Part shown: positions 19,967-30,035 of the stretch, piece after piece | How positions within the stretch are numbered: position 1 is the stretch's first letter | Layout of the letters: each line of letters opens with the position of its first letter | IMG/VR virus record: IMGVR_UViG_3300045988_110853 | Location: 4,077-68,076 of that record | DNA length: 64,000 nt | Reading direction: 5' to 3' (one strand) | From: a virus | The notes under the pieces: model-generated | Database searches by the model: none | What the model was told of the DNA's origin: nothing | Seen by the model: only the letters and a program-made list of their open reading frames with translations | Position numbers and translations under genes: made by a program

Positions 19967-19969
19967 ATA

Positions 19970-20218
19970 TTAAGCACATCTATCATAATCCTGATTTTTG
20001 TGCTTTTGTTTTCGCTTAAACGAACCTTTGCCTTTCTTCGCAGGAACTTTGAATCCTCTGCGTCGAAACAACTGAAGATACTCATTGAGTTCTTCCTTAT
20101 TCTTTTTCATATAACTTTTATTCACGGTATTCATCCTCATCTTCATAAAGGGAAAGATCCTGATAAGCAGCATATTCATCACTCTGAATCTCACAAGCAT
20201 AGCTTTCATAGTAATCAT
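19970..20218 (-). CDS. small highly basic protein
   Basis: 82 aa, Lys/Arg-rich C-terminus, downstream of class-A promoter. Confidence 0.4.
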   Translation of the reverse strand: MITMKAMLVRFRVMNMLLIRIFPFMKMRMNTVNKSYMKKNKEELNEYLQLFRRRGFKVPAKKGKGSFKRKQKHKNQDYDRCA

Positions 20219-20249
20219 TATACATAATTTAAATCTTCCTTTCTTAACT

Positions 20250-20288
20250 TTCTATAAATATTATAACTTATTTTTTATAAAATGTCAA
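20250..20288 (-). promoter_or_regulatory. class-A promoter
   Basis: TTGACA 20283-20288, TATAAT 20260-20265. Confidence 0.55.
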
Positions 20289-20403
20289 AAGATTAAAAGA
20301 CTAACCAAAAGGCGATATTTGTTAACGATGGTCGCCACTCCACCGCCGCAACAACTACAAACATTTCACTATTTTTACACTACCCACATTAAAAGGAGGT
20401 GAC

Positions 20404-20491
20404 TGGTGCTTCGAGAGAGACTTGAACTCTCACCATCCGTTCGGATAATCGGGTTTGAGCCGATCGCGTCTGCCAATTCCGCCATCAAAGC
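20404..20491 (-). tRNA. tRNA-Leu (anticodon CAA), long variable arm, CCA encoded
   Basis: GCTTTGA TG GCGG AATTGGCAGA CGCG, anticodon loop CTCAAAC, T-arm GAGAG TTCAAGT CTCTC. Confidence 0.8.
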
Positions 20492-20530
20492 ATATCTGGG
20501 ATTTTTAAGAGGAATCCCTCAAACCTCTTT

Positions 20531-20630
20531 TCTAATCTCAAGAAGTTTTAACAAGATCTTCCAACTTGTTTCTAATCTAATGGAAGTTTTAAGAAGATCT
20601 TCCAACTTCTTTCTAATCTAAATCGCACTT
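20531..20630. repeat. about 40-bp direct repeat, 2.5 copies
   Basis: ttctaatctcaagaagttttaacaagatcttccaacttg / ttctaatctaatggaagttttaagaagatcttccaacttc / tttctaatcta. Confidence 0.6.
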
Positions 20631-20789
20631 TAGGGCGGCCGTCCCTCCGCGGCGTCACGGTAAATATTTAATATTTTATATCCGAAAAAGGTTATGAACC
20701 AAAACGGGATAATTATTTAAGATATAATTATCAAGACTACGCTAACTACTCAAATTTTCTCTTCTTAGTGGGAAAAACTTTCTTAGCGC

Positions 20790-20900
20790 TGAAACCAAAA
20801 TCACTATTAGCATTTTGTATATATTATCTTATTGTATATAAGTTTTATTCAGTATACCTTATCTATTATATCATTTAGTATACTATATTAATGTTTAATT
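20790..20900. repeat. AT-rich segment with repeated GTATA(C) motifs (iteron-like)
   Basis: ttgtatataag, cagtatacctt, tagtatactat within 100 bp. Confidence 0.3.
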
Positions 20901-21031
20901 AATAAGATAATATTTCTGGCTGCTTTTATCACCAATCATATAATCATCTATAATCGGTTATATCGGGCAATGCTCCCGAACTTGCGGTTTATCTACGCCG
21001 TGCTTACTCTTTACACCATATAACCATATAA

Positions 21032-21110
21032 TGGTGGACCTCGTGAGAATCGAACTCACCTGATTTTCTGTGTGCAAGACAGATGACCACGCCATGCAGT
21101 CCCGAAGCCC
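21032..21110 (-). tRNA. tRNA-Ala (anticodon TGC) with G3.U70, CCA encoded
   Basis: Acceptor GGGCTTC/GAGGTCC giving G3.T70; anticodon stem TCTGT/ACAGA loop CTTGCAC. Confidence 0.7.
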
Positions 21111-21197
21111 AAATATGCAACTTATTTATGTATAGATGGAGTTGCCAACCACCTGCGTTTAAAGTTCGCAAGCCTTCAACGCATTCCCAGGGAGGGA

Positions 21198-21274
21198 TGG
21201 TGCTGGAGAAAGGACTCGAACCTTCAGATTAATGATCCTAAATCATTCGTCTATGCCAATTCGACTACACCAGC
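21198..21274 (-). tRNA. class-I tRNA with anticodon TAG (would read CUA/CUG); identity unclear
   Basis: Acceptor GCTGGTG/CTCCAGC (one mismatch), anticodon stem AATGA/TCATT loop TTTAGGA, short variable loop, CCA encoded. Confidence 0.6.
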
Positions 21275-21290
21275 AAATAAAGAGTTTTAT

Positions 21291-21400
21291 CACCCACATT
21301 GCGAAGATTCGAACTTCGTCAGTCGTTGGACTCGAACCAACTTTTACTCTTTTGGATTCCCAGAACCCATAGCCTTGATTAATGTGAGTATAGCCACTAC
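21291..21400 (-). other. tRNA-like region with two T-arm motifs; structure unresolved
   Basis: CGAAG TTCGAAT CTTCG and GTTGG TTCGAGT CCAAC 20 nt apart on minus strand. Confidence 0.25.
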
Positions 21401-21514
21401 TTCACAATAAGTTTTACTTCGCTTCCTTATATTTAGTCGGGCGTTTTCCGCAAGCCACATACTCTTTCGATCGGTGGTAGTTTAAACTTATAAAATCCGT
21501 GTTAACGCCCCAAT

Positions 21515-21591
21515 GGCGGGAGATATAGGATTCGAACCTATGACACTTCGGTTAACAGCCGAATGCTCTGACCAGCTGAGCTAATCTCCCA
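21515..21591 (-). tRNA. tRNA-Asn (anticodon GTT), CCA encoded, second copy
   Basis: GGGAGAT TA GCTC AGCTGGTC AGAGC, anticodon loop CTGTTAA, T-arm ATAGG TTCGAAT CCTAT. Confidence 0.8.
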
Positions 21592-21619
21592 TAAAAGAAG
21601 GACTTTTTAAAATCCTTAC

Positions 21620-21659
21620 TTTATATATTTATTATATTATATTTTTTTTAAAAAATCAA
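21620..21659 (-). promoter_or_regulatory. class-A promoter (proximal of a tandem pair) driving tRNA operon
   Basis: TTGATT 21654-21659, TATAAT 21631-21636. Confidence 0.55.
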
Positions 21660-21707
21660 CTTTTCTCTTTTACCCAAGTTTTTTTATTTTCTTTTTTCTT
21701 TCTTCAT

Positions 21708-21747
21708 TTTATATAAATATTATATAATATTTTTTATAAAATGTCAA
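21708..21747 (-). promoter_or_regulatory. class-A promoter (distal of tandem pair)
   Basis: TTGACA 21742-21747, TATAAT 21719-21724. Confidence 0.55.
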
Positions 21748-21926
21748 TAAGGTCTTTGAATTGGCATTAAATCATCTTCTGAAAGAAGCCATTTTTCACC
21801 ATGTTCGTCAAGGACTTCAATCTGATAATTTAACACTCGAAGAACAGTACATTTAAGATACTGTCTGCGATAGCAACGACCGCGATAAGGGACAAAACAA
21901 TAAGAATTACCAACTTCAATATTCAT
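21744..21926 (-). CDS. small hypothetical protein
   Basis: 60 aa ORF with RBS aggagaaaataaata. Confidence 0.4.
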   Translation of the reverse strand: MNIEVGNSYCFVPYRGRCYRRQYLKCTVLRVLNYQIEVLDEHGEKWLLSEDDLMPIQRPY

Positions 21927-21949
21927 TATTTATTTTCTCCTTTCTCAAC

Positions 21950-21988
21950 TTTCTATATATATTATATTATATATTTTTTATAAAATCA
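21950..21988 (-). promoter_or_regulatory. class-A promoter
   Basis: TTGATT 21983-21988, TATAAT 21961-21966. Confidence 0.55.
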
Positions 21989-22016
21989 AAAAAGTTCTTT
22001 TGTTTAAAAAAATTAA

Positions 22017-22100
22017 ATGGCACCAGGGGTACGAGTCGAACGCATTACCACGAGATTTGGAGTCACGCCCCAGTCCCTCTGGGATTAAGGTTCCCCTGAT
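22017..22100 (-). other. tRNA-like gene, CCA encoded, possible CCA (Trp) anticodon arm, about 7 extra nt in D region
   Basis: ATCAGGG...CGTGA CTCCAAA TCTCG...ATGCG TTCGACT CGTAC CCCTGGT G CCA. Confidence 0.3.
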
Positions 22101-22119
22101 ATAAAACAAGACCTTAACT

Positions 22120-22200
22120 TTGCCCGGAAAATGGATTTGAACCATTAACTTAATCTTAAATGATTATGACCTAACCTTTAGTCTATTCTGGAAGTTATTT
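22120..22200 (-). other. tRNA-like gene with 6- or 8-nt anticodon loop (TAATC ATTTAA GATTA)
   Basis: Acceptor TCCAGAA/TTCCGGG with mismatch, D-arm GAC TAAAGGTTAG GTC, T-arm AATGG TTCAAAT CCATT. Confidence 0.25.
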
Positions 22201-22224
22201 TTGCTGTAAAGGTCTTTCTTTATT

Positions 22225-22263
22225 TTATAAATATATTATATATTATTTTTTTAAAAATGTCAA
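22225..22263 (-). promoter_or_regulatory. class-A promoter
   Basis: TTGACA 22258-22263, TATAAT 22235-22240. Confidence 0.55.
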
Positions 22264-22269
22264 AAAATT

Positions 22270-23148
22270 TTAATTTCGACCAACATCTAAAATATAACAA
22301 AAACCAGCTAATCTATATTCAGGTTTAAAGAAATATTGAGCTAAAGCTTTTGCGCAATGATCCGCAGAATTTCGTCCAGAAAGTTTAATGTTATTAAATC
22401 CAAGAGGAAGATACTTATCAATAATTTCATCCATATAAATCATATCTTTATTACCGATTTCTGGAAACATAGAATCATTATTTTTAATAGTAGTACAACT
22501 TCTTTCTTTATCATTAAAAGCCTGAAAAAGATTCATTTTAGAAAAAATATTATAATGAGTATATAAGCGCGGACAGTCAATAGGACATGTTTCGTCTACC
22601 AAAATTTCAATTCTATTCCTTTTATTTTCTGGTACAGAATTTAAAAAATCCCAGTCTCGATTTTTACGACGAGGAATAACTACACTTTCATAAATATCAA
22701 GTGCTTTTACAAAATCATAATCTTCCTTTGCAGCTGTAATACTCTTTGTAAGTTTATAATTAGGAAACTTATCTCGAAGATACTTTTCGAGAATAGGAGA
22801 ATTAACAATAATTTCATTCATTCCATTATCAAAAAGTTTAAGCATTTCATTACATTGTCTATCATATACGTCTGTTTCTTCAAGGTTAGGATTTGTAAGG
22901 GTAAAGCGCAAAATAATATTATTCTTTTCATAAAATTCTCGTACAGCACAGAGATAATCAATATTATGTTCTGGCATTCCGCCCATAAAACCTCCGCCAT
23001 TCCAAATCATGCCAGGAAGTGCACCATAAACATATTTTACTTTTGCTTCTGGATAAAAAGCTTGAGGTTCAAGCTCTTGAAGTTCAAGTAATCTATCATA
23101 AACATCAATACCATAATAAAATTCAGGGCAATTAAAATTAATATCCAT
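22270..23148 (-). CDS. hypothetical protein, last gene of YcaO/radical-SAM cluster
   Basis: 292 aa ORF, very AT-rich codon usage. Confidence 0.55.
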   Translation of the reverse strand: MDINFNCPEFYYGIDVYDRLLELQELEPQAFYPEAKVKYVYGALPGMIWNGGGFMGGMPEHNIDYLCAVREFYEKNNIILRFTLTNPNLEETDVYDRQCNEMLKLFDNGMNEIIVNSPILEKYLRDKFPNYKLTKSITAAKEDYDFVKALDIYESVVIPRRKNRDWDFLNSVPENKRNRIEILVDETCPIDCPRLYTHYNIFSKMNLFQAFNDKERSCTTIKNNDSMFPEIGNKDMIYMDEIIDKYLPLGFNNIKLSGRNSADHCAKALAQYFFKPEYRLAGFCYILDVGRN

Positions 23149-23161
23149 TTATATTCTCCTA

Positions 23162-24979
23162 TTAGTAATTTGCAATCATTGTTTTAAAATCTTTAGAATT
23201 AAAAATTTCTCTCATTGGTTCAAGAATACATTTTTCAACCAAATATTTTCTATTTAAAATATTATTAAAATCTTCATTAGTATATTCATAATTATATTCT
23301 TTTAAAATATCAATTATTTCATCTTTAGAATATTTCCTACTTTTTACATAAGAATATAAATTAAGATACTTTTTAAATTTTTTATAATAAGGACTTACTG
23401 TAATATCTACGGCAAATTGATTATCTTCAAGAAGATAATCAGCAGGATCTTCAAATAGATTTTTTACAAAAATTTCATTAGGAATAGTTTGCACATCTAC
23501 ATTATTATATGAAACAAGTAAATCTCCTTGTGATAAAAGCCCTAAAAATCTATCAGTTAAAGTGTCTCCTTCAATTAAATCTGTAAATGTTAAAGAATCT
23601 TTAATAATATCATATACTCCATCACCAGTATCTAAATATTTTTGAATATGTCCGCATTTATTTTTAGTAAGAATAGCACTTTTTTTTAAAGTCTTTAATG
23701 TTTTACATTTATTTAAAAAAGAATACCAAAATCCGTCAAGATTGTCAAGATAAATATCAATTGCTGTAATTTTATTACTTAAAGATACATCAGCATAATA
23801 AATTTTTGCTCCAATTGATTTTGTAATTTTTTTATTCCACTCAAGAATTTCTTCATTAGAATAACTTTTATTCTCGTAGGATAAGAATACATCTTTATTT
23901 ATAGTATTTACATACTTTTTATTAAGAAGAATATTCTCAGGAAATGTATTTAAATTAGTAATACAAGAACCACCCATGATAATAATATCATCATCATTTA
24001 ATGTATTATAAGGAAGAATAATAGAAAATTTTCTATCATCATAAGAGAAACAATTTTGATACATTTCAGTTAAAATACGTTCAACCGCAATTTCAAACAC
24101 AGGAAAAGCGCCAAAATTTGCAGAAATAGTTCCATTTTTATAATTGATAAGAACTCCCATTACTACTGGAATATTAAAAGTTCTTGACATATCAATAATA
24201 TAATATTTATTACCATGAGATTCAATAGCATTAATAATATCTATTAGTTTTTTATCAGTAATACTATTAATATCAAAAAAATAATAATTTTTATCAGTAT
24301 TAGTATAAAAATGACTAACTACGTAATGTTCAAAAATTTCTGATAATCCTTGATTTAAAGCTTCAGTTAAAGTATTACCAGCGGCCATACCAGAGCTACC
24401 TTGATAACGTTGAACAAGACGTGGGTCTAAATATTTAATATCTTTATCATCGTTTAGATTGATATAAGGAGTGCCAAAAAATTTATTATTATACATAGAA
24501 ACAAGACAATCTTTAATTAAATAGTTAGTTTCTTCATCAAAAGAATTAAAAAATTTATACATTAAAGATTCTTTTTCTCCAAGAGCTTCTTCAAAGCTTA
24601 CTTCTTTTTCATTTTTAAATAATGAATATCCATAATTTTTTTGATTTGCTTTAATTTTTTCATTACATAAAAATGGATTACATAAATAATGTAATCCATT
24701 ACAAAATCTTTCATACATTTCAGCGTATCCAGAAGCCATAGCGAATTCTTTAGATACTCCTTTACCGAAAGATCTTAAAATAGAATGACCTTTATAATAT
24801 AAACGAAGAGCAAGACTCCAAGTCGTAGATTGTTCTTGACGCAAAACTTCTTCGATGCAATAAAAGTCTCGATCCGCGAAGAATTGCTTAATGTTATTTA
24901 CTGTGTCTAGAGGACTAATTTCTTTATAATGTTGTGAATAATTATTCATATGATATTTTGCCTTTCTTTTTCCTATCAT
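23162..24979 (-). CDS. YcaO-domain protein with about 300 aa C-terminal extension of unknown type
   Basis: SFGKGVSKEFAMASGYAEMYERF and QGSSGMAAGNTLTEALNQGLSEIFEHY match YcaO ATP-binding motifs; 605 aa, no in-frame stops. Confidence 0.7.
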   Translation of the reverse strand: MIGKRKAKYHMNNYSQHYKEISPLDTVNNIKQFFADRDFYCIEEVLRQEQSTTWSLALRLYYKGHSILRSFGKGVSKEFAMASGYAEMYERFCNGLHYLCNPFLCNEKIKANQKNYGYSLFKNEKEVSFEEALGEKESLMYKFFNSFDEETNYLIKDCLVSMYNNKFFGTPYINLNDDKDIKYLDPRLVQRYQGSSGMAAGNTLTEALNQGLSEIFEHYVVSHFYTNTDKNYYFFDINSITDKKLIDIINAIESHGNKYYIIDMSRTFNIPVVMGVLINYKNGTISANFGAFPVFEIAVERILTEMYQNCFSYDDRKFSIILPYNTLNDDDIIIMGGSCITNLNTFPENILLNKKYVNTINKDVFLSYENKSYSNEEILEWNKKITKSIGAKIYYADVSLSNKITAIDIYLDNLDGFWYSFLNKCKTLKTLKKSAILTKNKCGHIQKYLDTGDGVYDIIKDSLTFTDLIEGDTLTDRFLGLLSQGDLLVSYNNVDVQTIPNEIFVKNLFEDPADYLLEDNQFAVDITVSPYYKKFKKYLNLYSYVKSRKYSKDEIIDILKEYNYEYTNEDFNNILNRKYLVEKCILEPMREIFNSKDFKTMIANY

Positions 24980-25014
24980 ATAAATATATTACTATATTTT
25001 TTTAATAAAGTCAA
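24975..25014 (-). promoter_or_regulatory. class-A promoter variant (TTGACT-N17-TAATAT)
   Basis: -35 25009-25014, -10 24986-24991. Confidence 0.45.
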
Positions 25015-25083
25015 AAACCTACCAAATAAAGTGGTAGGTTTTTGACTTTATCAAATTAAATAAAAACAATTAGGGCATAAATA

Positions 25084-25305
25084 CTAATTATCATTTATTT
25101 TAAATAATGGGATATTATTTATTTGTAAATTACATTTAGAGCATCGTTTATTTTTATAAATTTTTGGTATAAAAATTTCTATATCTGGTTCAAATAAGTT
25201 TAAAAGATTATTAGATATTCTTTGAAAATAAATATCTTTTTCTTCATTACTATCATTATAATTATATTGTAAAATATATTCACACATTATTTTACAATGA
25301 TTCAA
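25084..25305 (-). CDS. small Cys-containing hypothetical protein
   Basis: 73 aa ORF; TAG-interrupted coding continues upstream to about 25700. Confidence 0.3.
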   Translation of the reverse strand: MNHCKIMCEYILQYNYNDSNEEKDIYFQRISNNLLNLFEPDIEIFIPKIYKNKRCSKCNLQINNIPLFKINDN

Positions 25306-25712
25306 ATTAGTTAATTTTAATTCCTCTATTGGGACAACAATACTAGATATATTATCTAAATTTATTTTAGATTTAATTATATACTATATTTGAAGAATTA
25401 TAGTTTTATCTTTTTTAATAATTCCTAAATTAAAACAAACGAAAAGTATCCAATAGTCATAAATACTATTATTATCAAAATCAAAAGATAAAGCTCTTAT
25501 TTTATCCCAAAAAATTTGTTCTGAAGTCTCAAATCCACCATTACTAAATTTCATTTAATTCTCCATTAAAACAATAATTATAATAATTATTTGTATCTTT
25601 TTCAAGTTGAATACTTCGAGGATAATCTAATTCCCAAGATGTTCTTTTATTATAAAACTATAAAAAATTTTTTAATATATCTTGTATAAATTCTTTATAT
25701 TCATCATAAGTA

Positions 25713-27767
25713 TCAATCATATAAATCATACTCTTCTTTCTCAAGATAATTTAGAAATTGATCGTAAACAAATTGATAATATATATATCCATTAAAATAA
25801 TTTAATATTGGATATACTTCTTTTTTTAAATTATCAAATGATTTAATATATTCTCCATCTAAGCAATGAAAATTAATAGTATTATTTTTTATATCACTTA
25901 TAATTTTTTTACTCAATGGGCATAAACAATCATTATTTATTTGATTTAAAGGATAAATTAAATTTATTTTATATAAAATATAATAGCTTGTTTTAATGAA
26001 ATTTTCTATAAAATAATTATTATGTTTTATATAAATTAAATTATCATATTCATAGAAATATTTTATTTCATATAAAATTCTAATAATTATTGATTGTAAT
26101 ATTTTATTTTTTTTATCTGAATTTAAATTATAAATATAAAAAAACTATAAAAAGAAAATAACTATTTTTACTAAATAATCTATAGCTTCAGATAATCCTG
26201 TATGAGATATATTGCCTGGATTAATATTTAAATCAATTATATAATTTCCAATAGTCTAATCAATTAATTGCCCTTCTCCATATAAATTACATAAATCAAA
26301 GAATAAATTATCTTCACACAAACAAAAATTACTATATTTTATATTATATTTCTATAAAAAATCTCGCTTTAAAATTAACCCAAGCTTATTATCAGGAATA
26401 ATAAACTATATAAAATCATTTTTTTTATTATTTTTTATAGAATTATAAAGAATTTCTAATTCATTATCTGTATTAAATAAATCATCTGAATCCCAAAATA
26501 AAATATATTTATTAAATGAATTTTCTAAGCCTATATTTCGGGCGGATCCCGGACCTTTACGAGCAATATTTTTAAAAAAGAAACAAGAAAAATCCGCGTT
26601 ATCAAATATTTTAATAACTTTTCTTTCGCAAGCTGAATTATCACTTATTAAATATACACAGCAATCTTTAATAATTGTTTGCGCTCTTAATGAATTATAT
26701 AAATCAATTATCTAATTATCATTAAGATTATAATAAGGAATAATTATATCTATTTTACCATTAATAAATCTATTTATACATTTTTGTAAATAATAATTAT
26801 TATACCGGAAATCAATTGGGGTCTTACCATTTAAGAATTCCTAATAATTGTTTAGAAAATCTTCTTTATTATTTATAAGTTTTAAATAAAAGTTATAGTC
26901 TTCAAAATAAGCATTTTCCATTGATATAGTAAATTCTGATTTAGTATTATAACATTTATGCCATAGCCAAGAAGTGACCGGTAAAGTGGCATCACAATAT
27001 TTACAAATTTTTTTAGGTGAAAATATAAAATTATGTAAGTCATCTAAACTATTTATATTTTCTAATTGTAAATAATCTTTATCCTCTTCTGGAATATTTA
27101 AATTATATTTTTTACAATAAATATCTAAAAATGCGGAAAAGGGACAAATATATATTTTATAATCTTTTAATGTAAAACAAGGTATTTCATGCGGACAATA
27201 TTGATAATAAGCTTTTATTGGATCAGTATCTCCATTTTCATTTACAAGCTATTGACGCATAAATAATCGTTCTTGATGATTAAAAGCAATACCATATTCT
27301 TGACATTCTTCAACATCTTTATAATCTGTATAATTACTATAAGCAGTTATGTCAAATATTATATCCATATCAAGATATTCTTTTTTATGTTTAATAGTGT
27401 CTTTCATATTTAATCCGTTAGATAAAACTTTTAATTGAGTTTTTTCTTTTGGAAATATTTCACGAGCTATTTTACATAATTCAAATAATTGTGGGTGAAG
27501 AGTTGGTTCTCCACCCACAATCATAAATACTTTTATATTAGGAATTTTTTTATTAGCTATAATAATCTAATTGCGGAAATCATTTACATCAATAAACCAA
27601 GGGGTGGCTAAAGGTGAAAAATGATTGCAACCTGCACAATTAAGATTACAATGATCTACTACCTGTATCTCTAGACTTACACCATCATAAACAGATTTCC
27701 AAAGACTATGTGTATATGGAGGAGTCCCACGGTAATCTTTATCTTTCTTTATCTGTATATCGTTCAT
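25713..27767 (-). CDS. TAG-rich coding region: small radical-SAM (CxxxCxxC + GGEPTLHP), Cys-rich SPASM-like segment, then GT2 glycosyltransferase (IIIPYYN, DSDD); apparently one ORF with about 8 TAG
   Basis: VVDHCNLNCAGCNH and MIVGGEPTLHP at N-term; QYCPHEIPC...CKYCDATLP Cys cluster; GKIDIIIPYYN and FWDSDD GT2 motifs; only TAG interrupts the frame by eye. Confidence 0.4.
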
Positions 27768-28320
27768 CGAAATCTCCTAATATATGAGTGTTATAATCAA
27801 CTAATTCTCTTATTTGATTATTACGTTCATGTAAAAAACATTGAGTACAAATTTCATTTAAATCATTTAAAGGTTCATGGAAAAAATTGCAATAATGTTT
27901 TTCAAAATCAAAATATTTACAATGCTTATCACATATTAAAATATCATTATCTTTATCATAAATTACAGAATGGTCTTCTCGTAAACGAAAAGATAATTGA
28001 ATTTTAAACATTAAAGTTCCTTGATAAGAATATAAAAAAGTTTTATAAAATATGTCTTGAACTTTACTTTCAAAAGTAAATTTCTATTTATCTGTAGTAA
28101 TAAGCTCAATGCATTCTATTTCATTCTAATCTATAGTTTTAACTTGCTAATAAACCTAATTTAAAAAAGAATAATCAATATCATTCTAATCTTTAATTAT
28201 TTTCGCAAAAACTATTTCTTTTGGAAAATTTAATTGAAATATAATATCATCACATTGACGCTCATTAAATTTAACAGATTTTAAAATTTCTTTATTTGAA
28301 TTAATAAAATTAATAACCAT
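27739..28320 (-). CDS. Cys/His-rich hypothetical protein (about 5 in-frame TAG)
   Basis: MVINFINSNKE...; C-terminal CDKHCKYFDFEKHYCNFFHEP..CTQCFLHE. Confidence 0.35.
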
Positions 28321-28636
28321 TTCTCTTATCAGGAATTCCTTTTAATCGATCTCCTAAGAAATATCTATATAATTCATAAGAATCAATACCATTATCACAA
28401 TAACAATTATTATTATTTTCATTATTGTTGTTATCGTTATTATTAGATTTTTCTGTATGATCTGTAATAATTATTTTAATAAAATTATTAATAATAGTAT
28501 TAATTTCTTCATTCTCACCATTATTTTCAATCCAATTTAAATAAATAATATATAAAAGATCTCTATAATCTTCTACATTACTATAATCAAAAGTTTCAAT
28601 TAAATGGTTAATTTGATTTTTCATTTCTTCAATCAT
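28310..28636 (-). CDS. hypothetical protein with poly-Asn tract
   Basis: 108 aa ORF. Confidence 0.4.
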   Translation of the reverse strand: MIEEMKNQINHLIETFDYSNVEDYRDLLYIIYLNWIENNGENEEINTIINNFIKIIITDHTEKSNNNDNNNNENNNNCYCDNGIDSYELYRYFLGDRLKGIPDKRNGY

Positions 28637-30035
28637 TATAATACCCCAAATTATGGCAAAGATTTAACCAATTTTCTTTATATCTTTCATCTGGAAAATA
28701 ATTTTTTTCTAAAGCAATTTTAGTTAATCCTAGTTCGCAATAACTTTTAACTAAAAAAGATATTCTTGTTTTATGTAATTCACAGACACTTTTAGGTGGC
28801 AAAAACAAATCTCCAGTAGACTCAAGCGCAGCGCCAAGACAAAGCTTTAAACAAAATGCTTCATAAGGACAAGTAACACATCCAACATTTAAATGAGTAT
28901 TATTTGTTTTAATTACCGTATAAAGGCTTGGATTAATGGCTGTAACTCCAATAATTTTATCATTTTCAACTTCAAATCTACCACCAATAAATTGTTGATA
29001 AGAAGTTCTATGACAAGGAACTAATTCCATAGTAGCAACATAAAAACAGGTTTGGTGAGAAATTGCGCAAGTGTAATTTCCATCTCTCCAAGTGACGGTT
29101 GGCTGTAATGGGTCATAATTATGTAATCCAATCAAAGACCCTTCTTCTCCGTCCCCTAAAAAGATATGTCGAGCTAGTTTATCTAATGAGCTATCATTCA
29201 TTTGGAATCTAATTTCAAGCATGTGAGTTAAAAATTCAAGATATTGATTTAATTTTTCTTCCGTCCATTCATCATTACGCACTTCTAAAAACATGGGCTG
29301 GAATTCATCACGAGGGCCTTTACATAATTTATATTTTTCATATTGTTCAAGCCACCAATCATAATTTTTAATAGCACTTTCAATATTACTTGGAGAAATC
29401 ATTGGATGAATACCACAAGAATTCCTAGAAAGGAATTGCATAATCTTATCATAATATTCAAAATCTTTATTTTCTTCTCTTACACTATTATAAGGGCCAT
29501 CTACAGAACAAGATAAATTTAATTCCATTTCAAGATCAAGAAATTTTTGAAGATACTCTTCCATTTTAGTTGCTTTTTTATCATCAGCGACAAAACTAAA
29601 ATTATTAGGGAAAGCAATACGAGGATGATGTTTCTTAAAAAGATTAGGATGCTCTTCAAAAAGAGCTCCATAGTATTTTAAAAGTAGATCAAAAACACTA
29701 AAACCTAAATCATCGTAAAATAAATCTCCCGCGAAAAGCTCTATTTCAAGAAACAAAACTTTTCTTTCGTTAAAAATATAATCTAACATAATATTCATAT
29801 TTTTAAGAATTTTTTCATTATTTGCTCTTGTTTCAAGTGGATATAAATCTTTTCCATAACGAGCAATATAACAATATTCACACTTTTGATTACATTCTGG
29901 ACGAATAATAAACTCAAAAGAGCTTTCATTTATCCAATAACCTTCTTCTTTATCCCCTTGATTAAAACAATGATTATCAAGAAATTTTTCAAAATATTTA
30001 TTATTATCTAAAATACAACCTTCACTAATATTCAT
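28629..30035 (-). CDS. radical SAM enzyme with C-terminal SPASM domain (peptide-modifying maturase type)
   Basis: CNQKCEYCY (CxxxCxxC) near N-term; C-terminal CVTCPYEAFCLKLC; ATG overlaps upstream gene stop. Confidence 0.75.
   Translation of the reverse strand: MNISEGCILDNNKYFEKFLDNHCFNQGDKEEGYWINESSFEFIIRPECNQKCEYCYIARYGKDLYPLETRANNEKILKNMNIMLDYIFNERKVLFLEIELFAGDLFYDDLGFSVFDLLLKYYGALFEEHPNLFKKHHPRIAFPNNFSFVADDKKATKMEEYLQKFLDLEMELNLSCSVDGPYNSVREENKDFEYYDKIMQFLSRNSCGIHPMISPSNIESAIKNYDWWLEQYEKYKLCKGPRDEFQPMFLEVRNDEWTEEKLNQYLEFLTHMLEIRFQMNDSSLDKLARHIFLGDGEEGSLIGLHNYDPLQPTVTWRDGNYTCAISHQTCFYVATMELVPCHRTSYQQFIGGRFEVENDKIIGVTAINPSLYTVIKTNNTHLNVGCVTCPYEAFCLKLCLGAALESTGDLFLPPKSVCELHKTRISFLVKSYCELGLTKIALEKNYFPDERYKENWLNLCHNLGYYND

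Noticed and set aside
20500-20640. CRISPR array
   Set aside because: Repeats are contiguous with no spacers, and there are only 2.5 copies.
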